From Zygnema circumcarinatum SAG 698-1b (taxonomy: Eukaryota; Plantae; Zygnematophyceae), in contig CM074823.1 in NCBI GenBank assembly GCA_037447605.1, positions 1,524,794 to 1,588,793 of the forward strand: a DNA stretch of 64,000 bases, written 5' to 3'. The translations under genes and the position numbers were made by a program. Positions 46,801 to 59,459 of this stretch are shown here, in pieces (the first letter of the stretch is position 1; each line of letters begins with the position of its first letter). The notes beneath the pieces are model-generated. The model worked only from the letters and a program-made list of their open reading frames with translations, was not told the DNA's origin and ran no database searches.

Positions 46801-47608
46801 AAGCTACGTGAATAAACCACCCACTACAAGCTGAACTCTTCCCACTATCTCCTTGGCCCTAAGCAAGATAGCCTCACTCCCCAATGTGAGTCACGAGAAG
46901 GTTAACTTCTACCAAACAATCTAACCCTTAAATACAATATGGCGCCAATAGTGACATTGTCACGTCACGGCCGCACATGCTACGCCCATACATTCCTTAT
47001 CCCATCCTAATCTCGCCGGCCGATCCTCCTCGGGCCTGTACCTGACCAAAGACATCGATGCCGCTGATCCGCTTTCACTTTATGCCTCCATCCGAAGTCC
47101 TCCACCGTAGATTCACTCATTTGGCGGCATGTGGGACCCCCGTGAAGCCCCACGAAGCCACCCCACCTAGGCCGTACAGGCTCTGTTTAACCCGACACGC
47201 CGCGCCCGATTCGCCACCGCCCTCCGTGATGAGATACATTGCCGAATTCGCACTCGCCGCCGCCCACAAGGCTGATTCGCGCCTCCTCGTTAATACGCCC
47301 CGATTTAGTCGCGTCGTACACGCCACATCTGGACTCCGCCACGCCAGCTGCGCCACCGACCAATGTCCGTGACATTCGAGGTCCCGCTCTTTACAATCGT
47401 ACCACCGGGATTGGGTTCCAATCGATATCTCCATGCCTTGCCTTGCCAATCGTGACTCCGCACAAGACTACACGCATTACCCCTTAAAGACTTGTACGGT
47501 CCCTTAGACGGTTCGCCGTACAATGTAGACATCATGAGCACACCCCTCCTTAGAACTTAGTACCAACAACTTAGTGTACAACAAGTCCTTAACTACTTTA
47601 CACTAACA
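43817..47608 (-). mobile_element. Non-autonomous Copia derivative C4 (LTR-gag-protease-LTR, TR-GAG-like), inserted in the G0 gag
   Basis: LTRs 46576-47608 and 43817-44682 with TSD TAGAG. PBS (reverse complement) at 46561-46573 and PPT at about 44684. Gag (IPTFDGKNYKRW) and protease (WVIDSGASRHM) are present. No integrase core, RT or RNase H catalytic motifs occur in the remaining ~0.6 kb. Confidence 0.85.
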
Positions 47609-50600
47609 TAGAGTGCTATAGTGATGAGCGGTTGTTTGAATTCACTGAGCGTTTTGTGCGCATGGCAAATACGATCGAGAACTTACCCGACTTTCCCCGA
47701 GGTTCTCCACGGTTCCGCTAAAGGCCATCAAAGAAGAAGAAAGATCTTCACCGGATCGTGAGCCGCTACACAACCCACCAGCCAGATGCCCAGTTTCTTT
47801 GTTGGGGAAGGGCAAAAGCTAATTCAGAAGATCAAGAGAGAGGCAACCTACATGTACTCACCACACTACATGAATGCTACAGATCCACGCCAGATCTATC
47901 ACTAACAATTCCCTAAGACCCAGTCAAGAAATGTGATGATCCTTACGCCATGCCTTCCTTCCAGAACAAGCCGCCTTTCTCCTGCATCCCTCAAGCCAGA
48001 CGCCCCGGGCAGCCCCTCGGTGCCTTCAAGCAGCTGCCAGCACGCACTCAAGCCCCTTCCCCTTCTCCATACCCTCATGATCCCGCGCATCCCATTGAGC
48101 CTTCGGTGAATCCTCACATACCCGATGTTTCTCGTCTAGGTTATCGGGGTCCTTATCCCGATCGCACACCGGAAGAGAGAGAGGCTGCCAGGCTGATTTG
48201 CTTCGCCGGATGACAGAAAGTGCGGGTTCCAGAGGGCGCGTCTGAGCCTCGCGGTACCTAATCATAACCCAGGCGTACAGGACTATGGACCTGCACCTTC
48301 TGCCAGATCACGGGACATGATGCCCGTGTATGCATGCGGAGACTCTCCAGTGAGAAAGCCCGAAAGGGGAAAGATGCAGCTGCAGGGAGCTCTCCTGCAG
48401 AGATCACTTTCATGGACATGCTCCCCCTGCCACACACACATACCATCGGTAACTCATGCTCCTTCCACCACTTTCACCCTCTTATACCATCTTGCAACGT
48501 CCGCCGATCCATCTGCACCCCATGGAGTCCCCTTCCTTGACAAACGTATTAGGGGTCGAGCCTGATCTGGCTGCCCGTGCCCGCACTGCCCAGATTGCCG
48601 CAGCATTGCAACCGGCTTGGTCCAAATCACCCATCAATTCTCAAGAGGGTGCTCAAGCCCGGATCCCCGAGATTGCAATGGCCTTGCGCAGGCTCCCTGT
48701 CAACCAAAGCGATCCTCATTCACATCCCCTGCCATTCCTCCCTGCCAATGTCAACGACGCCAGCCAGCATCGCCTACCGGTCGCTTCGCTGAGAACTCCC
48801 GCCCCTCCTTCCACGGGTCACCTTGGGATCCATGCTCAGGAAGAAATCACGATCTCAACAGGAGGAGCCGGCTAGCCGCACAGCCCGGGAGCTCTACGCC
48901 AGCCGCTTAGTGACGGAAGAAATGTGAACCTCCCCTATCGCCTCGCAGCCCGCTAAGCTACTCCCCTGGGCAGCCTCGACCACCACCTCCCCGGCTGGGG
49001 ATGGCCTATCCCATCAACGATGGTTCATCACCATGGGGACAAGGCTAAGATCGAATTACCTTGTCGAGTTGATGCAAATACCTGTGCCGCAGCCTCGCCG
49101 CTCGTAGTTGGCCGACAGCCAGAGGCCACTCCCTCTCAAGGCCTCCCACGGTTCCCATGGCACCTCCTCCGACATCCCTCGGCCAAGTGAGATATACACC
49201 ATATGGCGCCTTCCACCCGGGCCGCTTCCTCCCCGCCAGCCTCCTCCCTCGCCAGACATTCATGTCCTCCCTTCCGATCCCAACAACACCCAACGCGGGC
49301 GAATCATCGCCAATGTATGGCCGAATCTGCTGGCCATCCTGTTAGGCCATGATCGGCCACAGAGCTATGCCACAGCTCGCCCAAACCGCTGATGAAGGCT
49401 GCTGTAGGGTTAAGTTGGACAAGACGCTTGAGCCCATCCCCCGATATGTGGGGGTTGAGGGGAGTCAACATGAAGGATTGGGCAGTGCCCAAGTGATCAT
49501 CAGCCTAGGAGAGATGGGAGCCAACGAATGCTGGGCCACGCCCCGGCCGAGCACATTCTATCCCCGCTTGGCTCCGGGGATTGGCTCACGAATGGGGGCA
49601 CAGACGACTTTCTACGTGTCAATCAAGACTCATCTCCGCTGGCGGACAGATTGCCCTTCCCCATCATCCCCTAGTCCCTTGCCACCTCCTTCCCCAAATC
49701 CACACCACTCTGCCAAGCAGCCCTCCCACCCAGATCAACATGTACCACGCGGGTCGGCACCCTGGCCCTTCCTGCGGATCTCTGCCACCGACATACCGAG
49801 ACTCCAGACTCCCCCTCCTCCCGGGTCCAGCCCTCCGGCGCCGACGGAAGACTCCGCCGCCGTGATAGTTGCACCCAACTTTCCCGCCCACGAGACCATC
49901 AGTGATGAAGAGTGGCTGAAGATAGAGGGACAGATGCGATTGGGGCCAGCAGTACTCTCAGACCCAATCAAGCATTCGCAACTGCGACAAGTGCTGCGCC
50001 GCAATCACCTAGTTTTTGCCCGCCATGCACTCGACATCGGAAAGACCCACCTGATTGAGCATCACATCGATACGGGAGATTCCCCCCCAGTGATGACCAT
50101 GACCCCTTATCGCTTTTCCGCTGCTCAACAGGCCGATGTCGAAAGACAGATCGATGAGAATGTGGCTGCCGGATTGATGGAACCCGGAGAAGGACCTTGG
50201 GCCAGCCCGGCCGTTTTGCCACCAAAGCCGGATGGCACACTTCGCTTCTGTGGAGACTATCGGAAACTGAACGCAGTGACGAAGTGGGATCCCTATACAT
50301 TGCCGGATGTGGACCCTATCTCCACGGCGCCTCCCCATGACCGGCTCCTCAAAGACTAGATATGCAAAGTCCTTCTCGCGTATCCTTAAGCGACAAAGTC
50401 ATCGCTGTAAGACAGGCTTCGCGACGGCCACACGCTTCGCGGCAAAGGGATGCTGCTTCCTTTGGGCTCAAGCATCTCCAGCCCAAACTCACCGGGGCTG
50501 CCTGGCCAACCAGGTTCGGTCCGCCGCTTCTCACAACCGCATGTGGATGATGCTTCCTCCATGCTAGCGATTGGTCCTCCCACCTCGCAACACATCAATT

Positions 50601-51811
50601 AAGCATCAAGCAATGCCTTATCAAGGCAAGGCGTTTGAAGATTGCCCCAAGAAGTGCGGCCATCAGAGATCACCACCTGTGTGACATCGCCTTGGCATCA
50701 ATGGACCGGCCATCAATTTCCATTGTAAAATCTGGAGGCCACACCTCATGCCACCCACGTAACTCACTCAGCCTCAAATCTTTCTTCTTGGGACTCACCT
50801 CATTCTATCACGTTCATCATGTTATGCCCTTATCAAGGCCCCTACATGCCTTGAGAAAACACGGAGTCCACTCACGTAATGGAGCCGAGCGCCAGATCTG
50901 GCCCTTCCATGCGCCAAGAGTGCCCTTACTTCAGGCTCCTTGTCTCAGACACCCGACCCCACCCCGCCTCCACAATCATCGACGCCGACCGAGTCACGCT
51001 TGGGGGCAAGGGCCAAGCATTCGGATGGGGGAACACTCGGGTCGGGCTATGTACAGGCTCGAACCGAGACTAAGTACAAAATTTCATCGAGGGCGAAGTA
51101 GCCGCTATTCTCTGGCAAATTTATAGTTTATTTCCATGTACCAATACCGTTCTATATCATTACCTCGGATTCCACATGCCACTCACTTGGCCGCACATCA
51201 TGGCTACTCCCACGCACCCAAGCTCAGACGCGGTGATGTAGTTGGAGGACTATAATACTCAAGGTCACCACCGTCCCTGACACGGAGCCACCGCACGCAG
51301 ACGCCTCACCGAAATCCTCAAGCCCACTCCTCACCACGCATCCGCCGCTCTAACCTATCCCCCACCCACCCTCTTGAACCCTGAGCATCTTCCCATCGAG
51401 ATTTTTATTGCAGATCAAGACCTGCATGATGTCATATTCGCAGATGGGCTGATTGATATTCCGGCCACGGCCACCACCCTCCATCGCTGGCAAGACCCTG
51501 ACTTCACCCACGGCCACCCTCATGCGGATCCTTGGGAACTCCTCATGGATGACGATGGCGAAGCTCCCTTTCTTCCTCCCCATTTCCCCAGTGCCAATGA
51601 CGTCCATTCTGACTCCTCTCTTCTGCGCTACGTCATGACTCACACACTGCCCCCTTTTATCACGGACACCGAGAGGGCTCGGCTGCTCCGCCGCGCTCGG
51701 AACTTCTCTGTTGATGATGATGGTCAGATTCTCTACCTCCCCTCCGGCCTTCCTGTTCCTTTCCCCAACGAGCGCATGGAGATCCTGGATGTCGCCCACG
51801 ANNNNNNNNNN

Positions 51812-51949
51812 ATTTCAGTACGCGTGTTCGTAAGTTTGACATCAGAACGAGTACTCCAGTATAATCGCGATCCTCCTGCGGCGGAGTACTTTCGTAACCT
51901 TTTTTTTCGTAACGCTTTTCGTAAGATTTTGTTAAGTCTGACACCCCCT
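51812..51949. mobile_element. Right end of a Harbinger-type MITE related to 16810/17800
   Basis: TTCGTAAG..TAAGTCTGACACCCCCT resembles TTCGTAAG..GGTCTGACTCCCCCT. The left part is lost in the gap. Confidence 0.55.
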
Positions 51950-53430
51950 AGTACTCCGAGAACATCTCCAGTAATACGGAGAAATAATCCTTCGTTTGAT
52001 TTTGTGAAGTCTGACATGGATGTTTGGCAAACGCAAAAGGAAGTGGCATTGATTTCACGATGGCGATGATGCCATCAAATGTACATGGACAAAATCAGCA
52101 TCATGGGAAACCACGAGAAACTAACTTGTCGCAAAGGACCTAAGCACAAAAGAAAGAAGAGTTTCTGAACCGTTAGATACGCTCGTGAGATTGGATGATT
52201 TGCAACCGTTGGATAAAAATCGACCGTTAAAATTGCAGATCCACGCTTCGCGCGTCGCCAGCCGTTGGAGGCGATCTGGGACTTCCCTATAAAAAAAAAA
52301 CCCATTTTTCATGGATTTTAGAAAAATACAAGCTTAATACATCTTTATTTTCCACGTGGCGCAATTTGATTGCTTAATGTTTTTTTGGAATTGACACGTG
52401 TTCACCTTCGTTTGGTGAATGTTGAAAAGATATTTCTGAGATTTTTCCCACGTGGCGCCGCATCGAGCTGTCACGTGGTCTTTTCTGCGCCCCTGATTGG
52501 TTCAAAAAGAGACTCCATGGAACCAATCAGACGTTGCCACGTCAACAAAATGGCATTGTTCATTTAAGCAGGTCTTTTTAACTGGGGAAAGTCGAAAACA
52601 ATTTGGAAATATGTCGGTGGAACTGCACGAATTTGCGAACATAGAAACGTCAGAAACAGCCTCGGAACAAGTTCTATGTTGTCCATAGATCAGTTAGGGT
52701 TAGGTATTCTTACAACTTATACGGATCACACGTGTGTCAAGATCTGAAGGGGGAACAGGAAGGTTTTCAAGTTGAGGTGCAGAGCACGGGAGAGAGAGGG
52801 AGAGGGCGAGAGGTGGAGAGAGAGAGGGAGAGAGGGAGTGGGAGAGAGAGAGAGACGGAGAGGGAGAGGGAGAGAGAGGGAGAGGGAGAGAGAGAGAGGG
52901 AGATACGAGCCGTGATAGAAGAAGTGGGACAGAAAAGAACCGATAGAAGGAGAGGGGAGAGCGAGAGAGAGAGGGGGAGGGTGCAAATTGGAACTGCGAA
53001 AGTACATCGTAAGAGAAAAAAGGGGAATTTGAAGTCCAAACTTCGAAATCCCGAATTCGAACGTGGAAATTTAAAGATTGAAATTCGGTCTTGATGATGG
53101 CTGTGACGTCATCATCTTTCCCTGCGCTGCTCCGCCAATCAGGTGTGGAGCATGCCACGTCATCATCGCCCTTACTAATGTTTTAAATTTTTTGAAGTTA
53201 TTTTTGTGTCATGCTTTACAACAATTTACACGCTTTATTGTCCCGTAAAATATGATTGTTGAAGTTTTGAATCTATGTTTCGGTTTTCTCTCTCTCTCTC
53301 TCCGTCTCTCTCTCACTGTTACTCTCCCCCTCTCTCCCTGTCTCCCTCCCCTCTATCTCTTCTGGTCTCTTATTCTCACTCTCGCTACCTTCCCCTCCCA
53401 CTCTCTGTCTCCCTCCCCACTCTCTTCCGG

Positions 53431-53466
<36 letters not shown>

Positions 53467-53579
53467 CCTCTCTCGCGTGTGTGCGCTCTTGGTTTCTCTC
53501 TCTCTCAATTCCTCAAGTCATGTATGGCATAAATAAAGGGTTTCTGATCTAAAGTATATCGATGTCTATGTGTGCGCAG

Positions 53580-55783
53580 GCGAGTTTAGTTCAGTGCTCA
53601 TCAGAGTCCCTCTCTCTTCTTCAGCACCGTTAATCCCCACAAATTATTCGGAATCTGATTTAAAGAATCTGAAACATCACGCATCTCTTCAATCCCACCG
53701 CAAAAAATGCAAATTCTGCGCGGAGAGGACCAATTTCCTCGCCCAAAAGAAATTTTCAGACTCTTTTTTCGGAGCTTCAAGACCTCTATCTGAGCAAATT
53801 TACGTTTATTCGGATAGCAATACGAAACTCTTCGACGCGAATCGACGCCGGTCCTTGACTGCCAAAGCTGCTTTGGACGGGGAGAGTGAGGGAGAGGCCG
53901 GGGGAGAGAAGAGAGAGCGAGAGAAAGAAGAGAGAGAGGGGAAGAAAGAGGGAGAAGAGAAGAAGGATGAAGTGGAGATAGAAAACGCGCTTTATTTGGA
54001 TGCCAATATTCCGCCAACCGCAAACGAATTTCTTAAAAAGGTTTCGTCTAAAGCTTACGACATGAGAAGCCGGCTCGAGCAAACATTGGATGCCAGTGGC
54101 TACGACGGTGAGAATATGCTTCTAAAACGTCTCTCTCTCTCTCTCTCTCTCCCTCTCCTTCTCTATTTAACAGACTCCCTTCTCCCTCTATCACATACGC
54201 ACTCCCTTCCTTTCTTTCCATCTCCCTCAGTCCTCTGCCACTCTCCCCCTCTCTCCATCTCACAAACCCCGCTCACCTTTACCCCCTTCTGACCCTCCTC
54301 CACCCACCTCAAGTTTTCTTTTGATAATCGATTTTAGCCTACTTACTACTTCAGTCTCACTCCGTGCTATTTTATAACATATACGACCAGTTTTTACGTG
54401 TCAATCTACTAGTAATAGCCGGCATTCTAATTGTAGATAGCTCTGTGAAATCTGACGTAATTCATGTTTGTATTGTCTTTTATTATTTTGTTATTTTTTT
54501 TTGAATGTTACAGTGGTGGAGGCTAATCCGTGGGGCAAGGAGGCAGAAAAACCGGTCTATGTGCTCGCTCAGAAGGAGGACAAATTGTACACAATGCGAA
54601 CGCGGAGGGCGAGAAGGTAATTTCTTTGGGGTGTGAAAATTGACAGTATACAATGGGAGGGAGGGGAGAGAGGAGAGAGGAGGGATGGGAGAGAATGGGG
54701 GGAGGGGGTAGGACAAAGGTAAGTTGAAGAGAGAGCAACAGGGAGGTGGGAGAGGGAGGCAAAGAGAGAGAAAGAGAGAGAGACGAGGAGGGGGAGGGCG
54801 GAGGAGGGTGGGAGGGAGAAGGTGGGAGGGAGAAGGTGGGAGGGGAGAGGGAGGGAGAGAGCGAGAGAGGGATCGAGAGAAAGAGAGAGAGAGAGGCCTG
54901 CCATTTGTCTTCTCACAATGGCCGGCTCTTCCTTTTTCCTCCGGGCTGCCCCTGAAACTCTTCATTTTTCCTTTCATTCATTTCCTTGCATTGCAGCGAA
55001 GTGGAGCGCGAGTTGAATGTTTTGTTTTCCGGACCTCCCGGGCAGCGGTCGCGAAAATCTTCGATGAACCGTTTGCCTGCCCGAGAACTGAAGCAGGTCC
55101 TCCAGGCCTCATCCGGGGGAGGCGGTACCTCCGCGGGGCGGGACGGACCCAAGTTTCGAATGCACGTCGAGGATGTCAGGGAGGGCGTGCTGGTGGGTGC
55201 ACCTGCCACGTGGCACGTGGCCACGTGGCGCCTCCTCATTGGGCGATGGCTGGTGTTGGGCTGTGCGTGGATTGAGAGGATGTGAGGGAGGGCGTGCTGG
55301 TGGGTGCGCTGCCACGTGGCACGTGGCCACGTGGCGCCTCCTCATTGGGCGATGGCTGGTGTTGGGCTGTGCGTGGATTGAGAGGATGTGAGGGAGGGCG
55401 TGCTGGTGGGTGCACTTGCCACGTGGCACGTGGCCACGTGGCGCCTCCTCATTGGGCGATGGGTGGTGTTGGGCTGTGCGTGGATTGAGAGGATGTGAGG
55501 GAGGGCGTGCTGGTGGGTGCACTTGCCACGTGGCACGTGGCCACGTGGCGCCTCCTCATTGGGCGATGGGTGGTGTTGTGTTGTGCGTGGATTGAGAGGA
55601 TGTGGGGGGGATTGAAAGGGAGGGAGGGGAGGAGAGGAGGGGAAAAAGAAAGGGTTAGAAAGGGGAAGAAAGGGGGGTCTGTGGGGTGTGTGAGTCAGGG
55701 AGAGGGAGAGAGGGGGGGGAAGAGATATGAGAGTGGGTGTGCGGAAGGGTGGGTGTGTGTGAGAGAGGGAGTGCTCAAGAGCG

Positions 55784-55815
<32 letters not shown>

Positions 55816-56462
55816 AGGGAGAGAGGCAACAACCCTAATCCTGTGTGGTTTGCTTATTGAAGGTCTTTGAGGACGAGGAGGAGGCTGCCAAGTACTGCAG
55901 CGTGCTGGAAGGGCAGGGCCATCAGTGCATGGGAATTGCACAAGTTCCTGCCAAGGAGGTGCTCTCCCTCTCCCTCTCCCTCGTCCCCTCCCTCTCCCTC
56001 TCCCTCTCCCCCTCCCTCTCCCTCTCTTCTCCCTCTCCCTTTCCCTCTCCCTCTTCCCCTCCCTCTCCCTCTCCCTCTTCCCCTCCCCCTCCCTCTCCCC
56101 CTCCCTCTCCCTCTCCCCCTCCCTCCCCCCCTCCCTCTCCCCCTCCCTCTCCCTCTCCCTCTCTCTCGTCCGATCCCACTTCCTCTCCCGCCCTCCCCTT
56201 TCGCCCCTTCCTTCCCCTTCGCTTTCTTCTCACTCTCCTTACCCATCCCTTTCCTGTCACGTCACGGTCCGAATCAGATTTTATGGATTGATGATCTGTG
56301 CGGTCATGTTTGTAATTTTTTTTGTTTTTTGACCCGCAGGTATTTGCAATTTGCCAAAAGTCAAACGCCTTGGCCGTACTGTTCCGGCGGGGGATAACGC
56401 CACCACGGCCCGACCGGCTGCAAATGAACCTCAAAGCTCGAAAGCATTCGCTCGAAGACTAA
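53580..56462 (+). CDS. Conserved plant protein of unknown function, DUF3110-like C-terminus; probable N-terminal transit-like region
   Basis: In-frame GT-AG exons 53580-54107, 54514-54616, 54997-55192, 55863-55958 and 56340-56462 give ..ANEFLKKVSSKAYDMRSRLEQTLDASGYDVVEANPW..VYVLAQKEDKLYTMRTRRARSEVEREL..KFRMHVEDVREGVLVFEDEEEAAKYCSVLEGQG..ALAVLFRRG..NLKARKHSLED*. This resembles a recalled conserved land-plant protein. The start codon lies upstream (candidate exon 53252-53282, weak). Confidence 0.78.
55169..55610 (+). repeat. 106-107 bp tandem repeat (4 units plus a partial) containing an exon end, 5' splice site and three G-boxes
   Basis: Units start at 55169, 55276, 55382, 55489 and 55596 (partial). 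Each has GAGGATGT(C/G)AGGGAGGGCGTGCTG|GTGGGT..GCCACGTGGCACGTGGCCACGTGGCG. Confidence 0.92.
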
Positions 56463-57408
56463 ACCTTAAACCCTAAACCCTCAAAATTAGGGTTTTGAGG
56501 GTTCATGAAAAAGGTCTCATGGGTGGGATCGTGACGGATCACGTCTCGTTTTTATGCTGATTTCGCTCCGTTCTGTTCTGTTCCGTTTGGTTAGATCAGT
56601 CTTTTACTGAGGGTCCATGCATGGGTACAGGGCTTGCTGGGGCCAGTCATAATCATTAGTCAATCGCCATAGGGTTGACTTTTCGTTGGTTTGCGTTGAC
56701 TTTTATCACTTTGTGGGACACTTTTGTAAATACTTCTTGCACGCACGTGTGTGAAATTTAGCAGAAATTGTAGGGCGCGTTGTTTTAGGGTTTGATAGGT
56801 CCTATGCATAGAAATAACGGGATCAGTTACGAAACCCAGAACTGCCAACTCATGGAAACTCATAAGACAAGTGTGGATATCAGCATGGGGTCGATAAGTC
56901 TCGCAGGGAGGGGTTCAGGATTGTTAGGGTTGTAAAGGGCGGAGGTCATTGTACATACTATTGCTATGAACACTTGTATTGCGTGTGTATAGAAAATTCC
57001 ATTATTTGTGTGCACTCCTCTCCTCTCCCTCCCTCTCCCTCTCCCTGCTTTTTTCCCTCTCCGTCTCCCTTCCTCTGCNNNNNNNNNNTGGTGTTGGGCT
57101 GTGCGTGGATTGAGAGGATGTGAGGGAGGGCGTGCTGGTGGGTGCACTTGCCACGTGGCACGTGGCCACGTGGCGCCTCCTCATTGGGCGATGGGTGGTG
57201 TTGTGTTGTGCGTGGATTGAGAGGATGTGGGGGGGATTGAAAGGGAGGGAGGGGAGGAGAGGAGGGGAAAAAGAAAGGGTTAGAAAGGGGAAGAAAGGGG
57301 GGTCTGTGGGGTGTGTGAGTCAGGGAGAGGGAGAGAGGGGGGGGAAGAGATATGAGAGTGGGTGTGCGGAAGGGTGGGTGTGTGTGAGAGAGGGAGTGCT
57401 CAAGAGCG

Positions 57409-57440
<32 letters not shown>

Positions 57441-58703
57441 AGGGAGAGAGGCAACAACCCTAATCCTGTGTGGTTTGCTTATTGAAGGTCTTTGAGGACG
57501 AGGAGGAGGCTGCCAAGTACTGCAGCGTGCTGGAAGGGCAGGGCCATCAGTGCATGGGAATTGCACAAGTTCCTGCCAAGGAGGTGCTCTCCCTCTCCCT
57601 CTCCCTCGTCCCCTCCCTCTCCCTCTCCCTCTCCCCCTCCCTCTCCCTCTCTTCTCCCTCTCCCTTTCCCTCTCCCTCTTCCCCTCCCTCTCCCTCTCCC
57701 TCTTCCCCTCCCCCTCCCTCTCCCCCTCCCTCTCCCTCTCCCCCTCCCTCCCCCCCTCCCTCTCCCCCTCCCTCTCCCTCTCCCTCTCTCTCGTCCGATC
57801 CCACTTCCTCTCCCGCCCTCCCCTTTCGCCCCTTCCTTCCCCTTCGCTTTCTTCTCACTCTCCTTACCCATCCCTTTCCTGTCACGTCACGGTCCGAATC
57901 AGATTTTATGGATTGATGATCTGTGCGGTCATGTTTGTAATTTTTTTTGTTTTTTGACCCGCAGGTATTTGCAATTTGCCAAAAGTCAAACGCCTTGGCC
58001 GTACTGTTCCGGCGGGGGATAACGCCACCACGGCCCGACCGGCTGCAAATGAACCTCAAAGCTCGAAAGCATTCGCTCGAAGACTAAACCTTAAACCCTA
58101 AACCCTCAAAATTAGGGTTTTGAGGGTTCATGAAAAAGGTCTCATGGGTGGGATCGTGACGGATCACGTCTCGTTTTTATGCTGATTTCGCTCCGTTCTG
58201 TTCTGTTCCGTTTGGTTAGATCAGTCTTTTACTGAGGGTCCATGCATGGGTACAGGGCTTGCTGGGGCCAGTCATAATCATTAGTCAATCGCCATAGGGT
58301 TGACTTTTCGTTGGTTTGCGTTGACTTTTATCACTTTGTGGGACACTTTTGTAAATACTTCTTGCACGCACGTGTGTGAAATTTAGCAGAAATTGTAGGG
58401 CGCGTTGTTTTAGGGTTTGATAGGTCCTATGCATAGAAATAACGGGATCAGTTACGAAACCCAGAACTGCCAACTCATGGAAACTCATAAGACAAGTGTG
58501 GATATCAGCATGGGGTCGATAAGTCTCGCAGGGAGGGGTTCAGGATTGTTAGGGTTGTAAAGGGCGGAGGTCATTGTACATACTATTGCTATGAACACTT
58601 GTATTGCGTGTGTATAGAAAATTCCATTATTTGTGTGCACTCCTCTCCTCTCCCTCCCTCTCCCTCTCCCTGCTTTTTTCCCTCTCCGTCTCCCTTCCTC
58701 TGC
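55464..58703 (+). repeat. Apparently identical 1.6-kb direct duplication across an N-gap (offset 1625); probable assembly overlap
   Basis: 55464-57078 recurs at 57089-58703, with ten Ns exactly at the junction. The ORF track gives identical translations for both copies. Confidence 0.85.
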
Positions 58704-58947
58704 CTTTCGCTCTCCCCCCCTCTCTCCTTCTCGTTCTCCCTCCCTCTCTGCCCCTCCCTCTCGTCCTCTGAGCTCTCTCCCTTCCTCTCCCTCCCCAAAC
58801 GTCTCAGAAAAGGCCCATCTTCTGTAATAACAGTATCCATGAAGGGCTGTTTTGACGTTGCAGCTTCTACTGGTAACATGCGGTAACTGCGGCATGGATC
58901 GACCGAATCGGTTAAGATTTTGGCTGAAGGTTGGAATCTATTATTGA

Positions 58948-59038
58948 TACACCTTTTTGGTCTAGATACACACCTTAAAAACAGTAATCTAAAATCTGAC
59001 CGGTGAAAAAAGGTGTGTATCTAGCCAAAAAGTGTGTA
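58948..59038. repeat. Short inverted repeat (hairpin or small MITE)
   Basis: TACACCTTTTTGGTCTAGATACACACCTT ... AAGGTGTGTATCTAGCCAAAAAGTGTGTA. Confidence 0.65.
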
Positions 59039-59459
59039 AATAGTGAAGGTTTTAGGGTTTTAGGAGACGTCGGTTTTGAAGGCGGTTTCTCTTTTGTCGC
59101 CATGCCCGCCTGTTCAGTTTGCTTCCGCTTGTGCAGGTGGCTCCCAGTGATTGGCTAAAAACCTGCATAATCCGCAGATACTAAAACGAGTACTCTGCCT
59201 TTGAAAAGTGTCAGGGATCTGGTCCACAATTACCATATTCAAAGTACTGTTTCTAAACAAACCCAGAACCCAATGTCAAAGTGTGGCCCGCCCCCTTTAC
59301 CGGTATTACCGAACAAGAACATTTCCTCAAAGAGACCGTAGGGAAAAATCTTTTCTACCGTCCGTAACTTCCCAAACCGCTCCGTACCCAGCACCGTACA
59401 GTTCGTACGGCATGCCATGGACGGCGATGCACATGCATGAACATCACTAAGTATGTTCA

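Larger units (their letters stand above)
22211..51801 (+). mobile_element. Old Ty3/Gypsy element G0, host of the nest (3' end lost in the gap at 51802)
   Basis: Probable 5' LTR at about 22211-22635 and Met-tRNA PBS TGGTATCAGAGC at about 22637. The leader resumes after 43121. Gag (FTGKQEDAEAWL..ALGALEGEAVNW) is split at 43817/47609 and continues YIE|CYSDERL. The RT N-terminus (HHIDTGDSPPV..PYR..PWASPAV..DGTLRFCGDYRKLN) is at 49900-50350, and RNase H and pre-integrase remnants run to 51801. The LTR start is uncertain. Confidence 0.72.

Noticed and set aside
55169-55610. CRISPR-like array
   Set aside because: Whole units are near-identical with no unique spacers, there are no cas genes, and the context is a eukaryotic intron.
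57089-58703. Real tandem duplication of the last two exons of the DUF3110-like gene
   Set aside because: The copies look identical, including hypervariable tracts, and meet exactly at an N-gap. This is typical of an unmerged contig overlap; read depth would settle it.
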